Assembly: GCA_943789475.1 (NCBI GenBank)
Contig: CALSUG010000008.1
Location: 110,431 to 174,430, forward strand
Length of the DNA stretch: 64,000 bases
From: an uncultured Alphaproteobacteria bacterium
GTDB lineage: Bacteria > Pseudomonadota > Alphaproteobacteria > Micavibrionales > UBA1664
Direction: 5' to 3'
Shown here one piece after another: positions 19,204 through 27,580 of this stretch. How positions within the stretch are numbered: position 1 is the first letter of the stretch; every line of letters begins with the position of its first letter. The translations under genes and the position numbers were made by a program. Under the pieces are notes generated by a model. The model saw only the letters and a program-made list of their open reading frames with translations. It made no database searches and had not been told where the DNA came from.

Positions 19204-19662
19204 ATGAAACAAAATGTTATAGAAACACTATTGGGTGCATTCGTTTTAATCGTCGCAATATCATTTTTTGTTTATGGTTCAGGTCAAGCTAATGTTGGTA
19301 ATAACACTGGTGGTTACAATATTAAGGCACAATTTACGGACATTGGGTCATTAGGTGTTGGTGATGATGTGAAAATTAGTGGTGTTGCTGTTGGTGTGGT
19401 TTCATCAATTGATTTAGATCCTGTTTTGTACAATGCAGATGTCACGTTATCGATGAGTAATGATGTGGAATTGCCTTATGATACGGCAGCTAGAATTTCT
19501 AGTGAAGGATTGTTGGGAGGTACATATTTGGCATTAGATGTCGGTGGTGATACGGAAATGTTGGAAGATGGAGATTTAATCGCGATTACACAATCGGCAC
19601 AAAATTTGGAACAATTATTAGGGCAATTTATATTTTCGCTTCAAGATGTAAAAGATGAATAA
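19204..19662 (+). CDS. mlaD: outer membrane lipid asymmetry maintenance protein MlaD (MCE domain)
   Basis: Start set at MKQNVIETLLGAFVLIV (ATG at 19204). The track ORF's first 31 codons overlap the NDUFA12-like gene. MCE block: GVGDDVKISGVAVGVVSSIDLD. Confidence 0.8.
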   Translation: MKQNVIETLLGAFVLIVAISFFVYGSGQANVGNNTGGYNIKAQFTDIGSLGVGDDVKISGVAVGVVSSIDLDPVLYNADVTLSMSNDVELPYDTAARISSEGLLGGTYLALDVGGDTEMLEDGDLIAITQSAQNLEQLLGQFIFSLQDVKDE

Positions 19663-20173
19663 TTTTTTTCTTTTTGTTGCCGTTATGGCTCTTGTTTTTT
19701 CAGGGGGATTGTATGCACAAGATGAGATACCACCATCACTGGGCAATATTATTCAACAGTTGAGTGTGGATGCACCCGAATTGTCACAAGAGAGTGAAAA
19801 TGATTTTATTGATCCAGATTTTTTAAAAGAAGATGGAAAATCATATGATGATTATTCAATTGCCAGCATTCGTATTTTAGACAAGATAACAGCGGAAAGC
19901 CGCACATTTGACTTGGAGGTCGGTAAAACCGTTGCTTATGGATCATTACGTATTCGTCCAATGACATGTAAAAAATCACCACCGATTGAGGAACCGGAAA
20001 GTGCAACCTTTCTTCAAATTTGGGAAAAGATGTTTGAAGGAACGGATGAATGGATCTTTAGTGGCTGGATGTTTGCATCATCACCAGCATTATCCGCGAT
20101 GGAGCATCCTGTTTACGACGCATGGATCGTTGATTGCAAGGGGCTTGATACAGGCGAAATAGAGGTGCAATAG
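19655..20173 (+). CDS. DUF2155-like secreted protein
   Basis: 172 aa with a signal peptide. ASIRILDKITAESRTFDLEVGKTVAYGSLRIRPMTC fits DUF2155, which from memory follows mlaD in Alphaproteobacteria. Confidence 0.6.
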   Translation: MNNFFLFVAVMALVFSGGLYAQDEIPPSLGNIIQQLSVDAPELSQESENDFIDPDFLKEDGKSYDDYSIASIRILDKITAESRTFDLEVGKTVAYGSLRIRPMTCKKSPPIEEPESATFLQIWEKMFEGTDEWIFSGWMFASSPALSAMEHPVYDAWIVDCKGLDTGEIEVQ

Positions 20174-20211
20174 CGCTTGGTTTGGATCAACTCTCATGTT
20201 AAAAATAGCGC

Positions 20212-21630
20212 ATGAGCACAAAAACAAAAAAACAAATTTATAAACCAAAACCAATTAGTGGATTTCCAGAATGGTTACCTGAACAACGACTTGTTGAACA
20301 GCAATGGTTAGATCGTATTCGTCGTGTTTTTGAATCATACGGATACTGTTCAATAGAGACACCTGCCGCGGAAGAAATAGATGTTTTAACGGCCAAAGGT
20401 GAAACAGACAAAGAAATTTATACTTTAACGCGCTTACAAGCGGATGAAGATGATAAAAAGGAGGCTCGTATTGGCCTTCATTTTGATCAAACGGTACCTT
20501 TTGCACGTTATACAGCAGCGCATTTTAACGAACTTGTTTTTCCGTTTAAACGTTATGCCATGCAAAAGGTATGGCGCGGTGAACGTCCACAATTGGGACG
20601 TATGCGTGAATTTTACCAATGTGATATTGATGTCATCCACGTTGATAATCTTCCCCTTCATTTTGACGCCGAAATGCCAAAGGTGATTTACGAAGCATTA
20701 GAAGGATTAGATATTGGCCGTATTCAATTACGTATTTCAAATCGCAAAATATTATTTGGATTCTTACAACAGTACGGAATAGATGATCAAAACAAAATAA
20801 TCTTAATAACGCGCGCTGTAGATAAATTAGAAAAAATAGGAAAAGAAGAGGTTATTATTGAGATATTAGATGCTTTAGAAAGATATGACACTAATGATAA
20901 TCTTATAGCCGATGACGGTACTCCAACTGCAAACGTTTTGAATGGCTATGGTGAACAAAATAACAATATTATAGAATTCGCTCGCTCTTTTATTGATATA
21001 GCTGAACAAGAGTATAGATCTTCTGATGATTTAAAGGAAAAATTAACTAATAATGAAAATATAGATACAAGCTCTCCAATGATACAAGAGGGTATAGAAG
21101 AACTCTCTTTTGTGTTAGATGAATTATCTCACCTGCCTGATCATGCTGTTAAAGCCGACTTATCTATTGTACGTGGTCTGGATTACTACACAGGTACAGT
21201 GTATGAAACACAATTGCTTGATATTCCTGAATTTAAATCATCTGTATGTTCTGGCGGTCGGTATGATGATTTAGCGGGTTCGTATATCAATAAACATTTA
21301 CCCGGTGTTGGTATATCTATTGGATTTACACGATTGTTCGATGTTTTACGTCATAATGGGTATATAAAAAATACAAAAAAATGCCCAACGGATGTGTTGG
21401 TTGTTTTACCATCAGAAGATATGCGTGCAATCGCCAATGAAACAGCGCGTGCATTACGATCAAACGGACATAATGTTGAGGTGTATCATGCACCGCAAAA
21501 AATATCGAAACAAATCGGTTTTGCAGAAAAGAAAGGGATAAATTATGTATGGTTCCCTGATCTTAACGAGGTTAAAAACCTTCAAACAGGTGAACAATTA
21601 AAGACAGATCCTAAGATGTGGGAAAAATAA
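20212..21630 (+). CDS. hisS: histidine--tRNA ligase (long alphaproteobacterial type)
   Basis: 472 aa. GFPEWLPEQ N-terminus, class II motifs (KRYAMQKVWRGERPQLGRMREFYQCD, GGRYDDL, GVGISIGFTRL) and a C-terminal anticodon-binding domain. Confidence 0.9.
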   Translation: MSTKTKKQIYKPKPISGFPEWLPEQRLVEQQWLDRIRRVFESYGYCSIETPAAEEIDVLTAKGETDKEIYTLTRLQADEDDKKEARIGLHFDQTVPFARYTAAHFNELVFPFKRYAMQKVWRGERPQLGRMREFYQCDIDVIHVDNLPLHFDAEMPKVIYEALEGLDIGRIQLRISNRKILFGFLQQYGIDDQNKIILITRAVDKLEKIGKEEVIIEILDALERYDTNDNLIADDGTPTANVLNGYGEQNNNIIEFARSFIDIAEQEYRSSDDLKEKLTNNENIDTSSPMIQEGIEELSFVLDELSHLPDHAVKADLSIVRGLDYYTGTVYETQLLDIPEFKSSVCSGGRYDDLAGSYINKHLPGVGISIGFTRLFDVLRHNGYIKNTKKCPTDVLVVLPSEDMRAIANETARALRSNGHNVEVYHAPQKISKQIGFAEKKGINYVWFPDLNEVKNLQTGEQLKTDPKMWEK

Positions 21631-22517
21631 TGAGTCAAAAAAATACGAACATCCCAACGCAAGATGATTTAAATCGCAAAAAAATTAAATTGGCTCAAAG
21701 TGTATCGCCAACGTTATCTCATGTTCAGATCTCGATGTTATCTCTTGATCTCACTAGTTTGACAGGAAGTGAAACAGAGGCGGATATTACTGAATTGTGT
21801 GGCAAGGCAAGAAAAGGAAGTGTTGCTGCGGTTTGTGTGTATCCACAATATGTTGCACAGGCCGCAAAATTATTGCAAGGTTCGGAAATTGAAATTGCTA
21901 CGGTCATTAATTTTCCACATGGTGATATGACGAATGATGGTGAGGTTGCTACACCTGAAAATACAGAAAAATCAGTTGTAAATGCGATTGCCAATGGCGC
22001 AACAGAAATAGATATTGTCATTGATTATAAAAATTACATGAGAGAAGAGCACGCACGTTCATTGCTTCGCGCATGTAAAAAGGCATGTGGTGAGAATGCT
22101 AAGATGAAAGTTATTCTTGAAACTGGAACATTTGAATTTGAAGGGGATATTGAATGTCTTTCATCGATTGCAATTGAAGAGGGGGCCGATTTTATTAAAA
22201 CATCTACAGGTAAATATAGTGATCCCGAGTTTCCAGAAGTGGGTGGAGCAACATTTGAAGCTGTTTTAACGATGCTTGATGTTATTAAAAAATATCAAAA
22301 TAAACGTCCAGTAGGATTAAAAATATCAGGCGGTGTGAATGAACTTAATTTTGTGGGCTTTTTAGAGATAGCAAGGACAGAAATGAGTGATGCGTTTCTA
22401 TCACTAGACACATTCCGTATTGGTGCAAGTGGCCTATATGATTATTTAGATTCATCAATTAGAACAAAAGAGCCTGCCACAGACCATGTTAAAAAACATG
22501 GAATACTAAGTTATTAG
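21618..22517 (+). CDS. deoC: deoxyribose-phosphate aldolase
   Basis: ATVINFPHGD, EIDIVIDY, KVILETG and FIKTSTGK (Schiff-base Lys) are present. An alternative start at 30 forms a TAATG overlap with the hisS stop. Confidence 0.85.
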   Translation: MGKIMSQKNTNIPTQDDLNRKKIKLAQSVSPTLSHVQISMLSLDLTSLTGSETEADITELCGKARKGSVAAVCVYPQYVAQAAKLLQGSEIEIATVINFPHGDMTNDGEVATPENTEKSVVNAIANGATEIDIVIDYKNYMREEHARSLLRACKKACGENAKMKVILETGTFEFEGDIECLSSIAIEEGADFIKTSTGKYSDPEFPEVGGATFEAVLTMLDVIKKYQNKRPVGLKISGGVNELNFVGFLEIARTEMSDAFLSLDTFRIGASGLYDYLDSSIRTKEPATDHVKKHGILSY

Positions 22518-23236
22518 GCCGCCTTTAAATCGGAATAACGTGATACCCAATCGTTTGGTGTCATGGATGCAAATGGACCATCCTTTGATCGCCAATAAGC
22601 CAGAATTTGTGGGAATTGATTGAATGAATAATCACCCTCGGTCACCGCACGACGATCTAATGGAAATAGGCGTATGCCATCTAATTTTTCATGACGTTTT
22701 TTGTATTGATCGTTTGTAAGATAATCACGTAAAACCAATGATAACACCTTTGGATCATCCGTTTTTAGACGTTGAATGGCTTCTTCACGACGTTTCATAA
22801 TCATTTCTAGTGTAGAGCGTGCAACCTCGGCCATCGGTCCTTGCGTAATACGTGCAACGTAAATGGATCGTGCTAAATGATGAACTTGTGCTTGTGCCAT
22901 TTCCGGCATCCAAATAAGGGTTCCTGATTTCATATCTGCGACTTTATCAATATGGAAGCATTGGTGACAGAATATGCATGATGTTACTAAATTATCATCA
23001 GATGTATTTTTTTTGTTCCCATCACGTGCATGAACGAGGTGAAATTTTTGACTTTCGAATCCACAATATTGGCAAGCGTGTTGGTCACGCTCAAAAATTT
23101 TTTTTCGTGTATCTTCATCCGCGTTTGGATCAAACGAAGATGGGGCAGAAACCATACCGTCACTGCCCTGTCTTTTCGTGTTCTGTAATGCATCCACCGA
23201 TAGAGATAACTCTATCGGTAGTAAGTTATTTGACAT
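22514..23236 (-). CDS. icmJ: IcmJ/DotN-like protein (type IVB secretion system, zinc-binding)
   Basis: 240 aa. The blocks KIFERDQHACQYCGFES, NLVTSCIFCHQCFH, SGTLIWMPEMAQAQVHHL and IRLFPLDRR parallel what I remember of Legionella IcmJ (KIFQRDRYTCQFCGFQ, NLVTACCFCAQCFF, GTLIYLPELTQAELNSL, IRLLPSR). The start overlaps the upstream stop (TAATG). Confidence 0.78.
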   Translation of the reverse strand: MSNNLLPIELSLSVDALQNTKRQGSDGMVSAPSSFDPNADEDTRKKIFERDQHACQYCGFESQKFHLVHARDGNKKNTSDDNLVTSCIFCHQCFHIDKVADMKSGTLIWMPEMAQAQVHHLARSIYVARITQGPMAEVARSTLEMIMKRREEAIQRLKTDDPKVLSLVLRDYLTNDQYKKRHEKLDGIRLFPLDRRAVTEGDYSFNQFPQILAYWRSKDGPFASMTPNDWVSRYSDLKAA

Positions 23237-23619
23237 TAGAATGTTGGAGCCGTAATTTGACCAGTACCTAAAGTCCCTCCAGTACCTGCAGTGTCTTGAA
23301 TCATCTCCATAACAGGGCCTAAGGCCATTAAAATTCCACCAAATCCAAGTTTGGCCAATCCATTTTTCATTGCTGTTTGACCTGGATTTTCAACATGTTG
23401 TTTTAAGTTCACAACACCAAGTGCAGCCAAAGCAACTCCACCAAGAAGACTTACGTTTGTTACAGTGTTAATCCATCCGCCTGCAACGTTGTTGGACAAA
23501 TCTTTTGTGTATGTGTTAAATGCTGATGTTGCCAATGCATCAGACGAAAATCCAGTCATTGCACCAGTCATAATTGCGGCTGACATCAATTGTGTTTGTT
23601 TGTTTAAAAGTTTAAGCAT
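23236..23619 (-). CDS. icmD: IcmD/DotP-like small inner-membrane protein
   Basis: Start set at MLKLLNKQ (ATG at 23619), preceded by AAGGAGG. 127 aa. Two hydrophobic helices flank NLKQHVENPGQ. Size and position (between the icmC-like gene and icmJ) match Legionella IcmD. Confidence 0.55.
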   Translation of the reverse strand: MLKLLNKQTQLMSAAIMTGAMTGFSSDALATSAFNTYTKDLSNNVAGGWINTVTNVSLLGGVALAALGVVNLKQHVENPGQTAMKNGLAKLGFGGILMALGPVMEMIQDTAGTGGTLGTGQITAPTF

Positions 23620-23657
23620 AGTTTCCTCCTTGAATAAAATATGATCCATGCAAATCG

Positions 23658-24611
23658 TTAGTTAAATAGTACCCCAAAGCCAGAAATTCCCAAAGTATTT
23701 TGTATAATATTTGCGAATTGTCCGAAATTCACAAGAATTGCACCTGCAATTACATGTGATACCCCACCCATCATCGTCATTTGCTGATTTCCTTCTGCGA
23801 CGCCGCGAAGGACAAAGAAACCACGAATGATAGACAAAATTCCTACAATAATTAAAAAGGCTAAAACAGATACAACGACATTTTCGGCGTGTGCAGAGCC
23901 TGTGGCACCCATGGTGGCGCTTAATGCTAAAAAACTTACCTCTGTCATAGAGTCACGTCCGCCAAATAATGTTTCTGTTAATGTTCCTACAGATGGTGCG
24001 ACAGAGAATAAAACACCAGCTAATACGAATGTAGCAATTGTTCCTAAACCTGTTGGACCACGAGGCCCTTCTTGAGCTGTTTTTGTAAAGCGATGAACCG
24101 CAATGAGCATAAGTGCGGCACCTGCAACATAACAAAAGAACACCATCAATGTTGTAATTGGCCCATAAATATTGGACATGAAATTCATTAACATGCCATC
24201 TAAAGAACCTGTGGCAGATGCGCCTGTTGCGGCTGTCCACCCAATGTCTTGTGCGGCGTTGTGTTCTCCAAAAGTTTCCCAGACCACCGTTGACACGGTT
24301 GGTAATGTCATCATTAGTCCGCCAGTGAACAATAATTTTAAAGGGTCCGCTAGTGGAGTATTCTGTGGGCCAAACTCAGCATGATTTTTCAATTTGTATA
24401 CACCTAAGGCAACAAATAAAACACCAATTAAAACAGAAATGAATGCTATGAAATCAGGTAAATTTGCGGTTCCTGACATGAGTCTGTTAATCATGTCGCC
24501 AAGAGTGCCGCTGGCACTCATTGTTGCAGCAGGTGTTGCGCTAGCAAAAGCTGGTGAGGACAAGAGTATAGCCGTTAAAATTAGGCCAGTATTGATTATT
24601 TTTTTACTCAT
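23658..24611 (-). CDS. icmC: IcmC/DotE-like inner-membrane protein, expanded to three repeats
   Basis: 317 aa. A signal peptide (SSPAFASA) is followed by three copies of a TM - basic/polar loop - TM unit about 90 aa long. That unit is also the whole of the adjacent IcmD-like protein. Confidence 0.5.
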   Translation of the reverse strand: MSKKIINTGLILTAILLSSPAFASATPAATMSASGTLGDMINRLMSGTANLPDFIAFISVLIGVLFVALGVYKLKNHAEFGPQNTPLADPLKLLFTGGLMMTLPTVSTVVWETFGEHNAAQDIGWTAATGASATGSLDGMLMNFMSNIYGPITTLMVFFCYVAGAALMLIAVHRFTKTAQEGPRGPTGLGTIATFVLAGVLFSVAPSVGTLTETLFGGRDSMTEVSFLALSATMGATGSAHAENVVVSVLAFLIIVGILSIIRGFFVLRGVAEGNQQMTMMGGVSHVIAGAILVNFGQFANIIQNTLGISGFGVLFN

Positions 24612-24772
24612 TTAGTTACAAAAATCCTATTGTGTCTCTTTGGTTATTAAAACATAACATTGTCATACTATACAACAAAAACATCTTCGTTAATATGACA
24701 TAATATTGATTTAGTATGGTTTATCATATTTAAAAATTAGTTAAAATTCGAAATATTTATGAAAATTAATGG

Positions 24773-26929
24773 TTATTTCTTCTTGTTAGTGTGCATTTGA
24801 TATAAATACGCCAAATCGTTGCCTTTTAAATCAACAATGTCGTTCATATTTGATTTGTTTAAAATGATAGCAATGTCGTTATATTTCATGTCAGTAAATT
24901 GTTTTAGTGTGTTGGAAACAACATCGCGGCGTGTTTTTTGGCATTCTACAACGTATAAAGTTTTATCAGATAGTTTTGCAAGAACACGAGAGTCTGAAAA
25001 CACCATAGAGGTTGGTGCATCAATAATGATTAAATCGTACATATCTCTTAAACGGCGTATCATATTATCCATACGTTCACTGTTTAATAACGTTAACGCA
25101 TGCGTTGGAACGGCCTTTGATGTCATGATATGTGCGCCAGATCCATGTTTTTTATAAATGGCTTCATCCAATGGCAGTCGATCACTGAGATAATCCACCA
25201 AACCTTTTGCGTTACCTATGTTGAAAGATTTGTGCAGGGAAGGTCTGCGCATATCACCATCAATAATAAGTACTTTTTCACCGCTTTGGGCGGCCGTTGT
25301 GGCTAACCATGTTGCGTTTGTTGTCTTCCCTTCGTCAGAGATTGTCGAAGTCATCGTGATAACGCGTCCACCACTTTTATGATGAGGATCGCGTAATTGT
25401 ACGGACATATATAAGGAGCGAACTAATTCTGCGATGCCGGATGCCGGGTTATTTAATATGTATTGTGCGGGGTTTTCCTTTTTTATATTTTTTAAGGCAG
25501 GTAAAACACCATAAACAGGAAGCCCAGTGTATTGCTCTATTTGTTTTGGGGTTTGAAATACATTTTGAATGCGTTCAATGACTAAAGCTAAAAATATCCC
25601 CATAAACAATCCTGTGATACCACTTAAGAGAATAATGAGTGATTTTTTAGGGAATGTTGGACTAAGAGGGGGGGAGGCGTGCGTAATAACACGAACAGGA
25701 TTTTTATCAATATTTAAACGTTGTTGTGATTCCAGATAAGAAGCCATAAAACTGTTCAAAAGTGTACGCGCTGATTCTGCACGTGTTGAAAGTTCTCTTA
25801 TAATTCTTCGACCTTCTGCATCATCTTGGTATGATCTTCTGTATTCGGCCATGTTTTCTTTCAATTCATCGATTGATTTTTTATCAATGGATGCTTGATT
25901 TTCGAGTGTTAAAACAGCTTTATTTATTTCTTGATGTATCTTTTCTTCTAAAGCAGATATTTCGTTTTTTAGTGCAACCATTTCGGGGTGATTTGGACCA
26001 TAGCGAAGAGCTAATGAAGCTCTTTTTCTTAATAATCCTGATTGTTGAACTTTCATGTTTTCAAGAAATCGATTGGATGAAATATCAGATAGAATATCCA
26101 ACTGTTGATTCGACGTTTCTAAATCTTTTATCTTAGAAATCTTCGCTTGAGTTGCTGCATAAACAGCTTCGGATCTTGCTAATTGTTGTGTTAATAGTTC
26201 GATTTGGATCAAGCGTGAATCTTGTGATCCAGATAAAAACGTATTGAGGGTATTTTTTTGATCTTCAAGCGCTGTTTCTGCTTCATGAACTTCTGTTTTT
26301 AAATCTTTGAGTCTTTCCGCTAACCATTGAGAGACAGTATGAGCTTGCTCTGCGACTTCTGCTTTTTCATTGTCTCCGTAAATAACAGCAATCGTATTTG
26401 CAACACTTGCAGCTTTGTGTGGGTCCGCAGATGTGTATTTTATATTAACTAAAGATGTTCCTAGTACGGGTTGTACATCTAATCGAGCGGAAACAGAGCG
26501 AACCATTCTATTTTTCAGGTGAGACGATAGTTGATCAAAATCTATAAAGTTTTGATTTCCACCATTTTCAGGCATGCGAAAAAGTTCTTCTTGAACGATT
26601 AAGGCTTTGATTGTGTCAGGTGACTTGATGATTTCTATTTGAGAGAGAAGGTCGGCGCTGTTTAAATTTCCTGAACTAAGGAGGGCCTGCACAATATTTG
26701 ATTGTCGTGTGTTCTGAGAATCCGTAATCATGATTTGTGTTTCGGCGGTATATTGTGATTGCACACTTGATACGTAGAAAAAAGCAATGCCTGCCGCGAT
26801 GATGCAACAGGATAGAATAATTTTATATCGATCCGTTAATATATTAATGATCGCGGCAATATCATTGTCCGCTGCCTCAATGGAGTAGCGGGAGTAAGGG
26901 TCAGATGCTTGTTGGGGAAGAAGTGACAT
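24773..26929 (-). CDS. polysaccharide co-polymerase / tyrosine autokinase (Wzc/ExoP/GumC family)
   Basis: 718 aa. N-terminal Wzz-type TM, a long coiled-coil periplasmic region, a second TM and a C-terminal P-loop domain (TSTISDEGKTTNATWLA...VLIIDGDMRRPSLH). Confidence 0.85.
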   Translation of the reverse strand: MSLLPQQASDPYSRYSIEAADNDIAAIINILTDRYKIILSCCIIAAGIAFFYVSSVQSQYTAETQIMITDSQNTRQSNIVQALLSSGNLNSADLLSQIEIIKSPDTIKALIVQEELFRMPENGGNQNFIDFDQLSSHLKNRMVRSVSARLDVQPVLGTSLVNIKYTSADPHKAASVANTIAVIYGDNEKAEVAEQAHTVSQWLAERLKDLKTEVHEAETALEDQKNTLNTFLSGSQDSRLIQIELLTQQLARSEAVYAATQAKISKIKDLETSNQQLDILSDISSNRFLENMKVQQSGLLRKRASLALRYGPNHPEMVALKNEISALEEKIHQEINKAVLTLENQASIDKKSIDELKENMAEYRRSYQDDAEGRRIIRELSTRAESARTLLNSFMASYLESQQRLNIDKNPVRVITHASPPLSPTFPKKSLIILLSGITGLFMGIFLALVIERIQNVFQTPKQIEQYTGLPVYGVLPALKNIKKENPAQYILNNPASGIAELVRSLYMSVQLRDPHHKSGGRVITMTSTISDEGKTTNATWLATTAAQSGEKVLIIDGDMRRPSLHKSFNIGNAKGLVDYLSDRLPLDEAIYKKHGSGAHIMTSKAVPTHALTLLNSERMDNMIRRLRDMYDLIIIDAPTSMVFSDSRVLAKLSDKTLYVVECQKTRRDVVSNTLKQFTDMKYNDIAIILNKSNMNDIVDLKGNDLAYLYQMHTNKKK

Positions 26930-27516
26930 TAAAAATATCGCTCTCTAACTCTTATTGTGTCATTAGGTAAAAGATGCGTGGCGATATCACCACTTAAGAG
27001 TTCTTCAGACCCATCGGCACGTTGTCGTATGATATCAAATTTATTTTGATTCGCCCGATAACTAAACCCTCTTGCTTTTGCAACTAAATCTAAAATACTC
27101 ATGCCTGAACGATAATGAAATTCGCCAGATTCTAAGACTTCGCCCAAGATGTAAATTTTGTGATCTTGAACGAAAGAAATTGTTACCTTTGGATTAATGA
27201 AATAGCCTTGCTTTTTTAATGATGAGACAATTTTTTCTTCAGCTAATTTTGCTGTTTTTCCTGCAACAGATAAAGAGCCAATTAAAGGTAGGTTAATGGT
27301 ACCGCTTGGTGATACTTGATAGCTATCTGAAATTTTATCTTCATCAAAAACGGACACAGCAAGGATATCACCTGGTCGGATAGTAAGTTCTTTATTTTTT
27401 TGAACAGCAGAAGATGTCGGATAATTTGTCCAATCACCACTGCATGCCGTAATACCGATAACGGAAAATATGAATATTAAAACCTTAAGCATTGCAATAC
27501 GATTGAATGTTTCCAA
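26929..27516 (-). CDS. polysaccharide export protein (Wza-like, Poly_export + SLBB), lipoprotein
   Basis: 195 aa. Lipobox GITAC; IRPGDILAVSVFDE...SGTINLPLIGSLSVAGKT...IYILGEV. The stop overlaps the start of the Wzc-like gene. Confidence 0.8.
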   Translation of the reverse strand: METFNRIAMLKVLIFIFSVIGITACSGDWTNYPTSSAVQKNKELTIRPGDILAVSVFDEDKISDSYQVSPSGTINLPLIGSLSVAGKTAKLAEEKIVSSLKKQGYFINPKVTISFVQDHKIYILGEVLESGEFHYRSGMSILDLVAKARGFSYRANQNKFDIIRQRADGSEELLSGDIATHLLPNDTIRVRERYF

Positions 27517-27540
27517 AATTAAATTTATACAAACTTAATT

Positions 27541-27560
27541 GTATCCACATTTTATCCACA
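27541..27560 (+). promoter_or_regulatory. two same-orientation DnaA-box-like 9-mers 11 bp apart (GTATCCACA, TTATCCACA)
   Basis: Read directly in the 64-nt spacer between the beta-barrel gene and the wza-like gene. The second copy is a perfect consensus. Confidence 0.3.
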
Positions 27561-27580
27561 GGCCAACCCCTTAAAACGAA

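Noticed and set aside
19204-19662. mlaD lies 37 kb away from mlaE-mlaF, which might suggest a split or rearranged Mla system.
   Set aside because: From memory, the NDUFA12-like / MlaD / DUF2155 arrangement separate from mlaEF is the conserved alphaproteobacterial layout, so this is probably ordinary.
20860-21110. N/D/E-rich stretch in the middle of HisS that looked like a possible insertion.
   Set aside because: It falls where class II HisS carries its variable insertion domain between motifs 2 and 3. The long alphaproteobacterial HisS type is known to be larger, and there is no evidence of foreign origin.
24690-24707. TTAATATG-AC-ATAATATT direct repeat upstream of the icmC-like gene, resembling the PmrA sites (tandem TTAATATT) that control dot/icm genes in Legionella and Coxiella.
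   Set aside because: The repeat spacing is 10 rather than 11 bp, it sits on the opposite strand relative to the gene, and the spacer is very AT-rich, so such matches are expected by chance. It is worth re-checking only if a PmrA orthologue exists.
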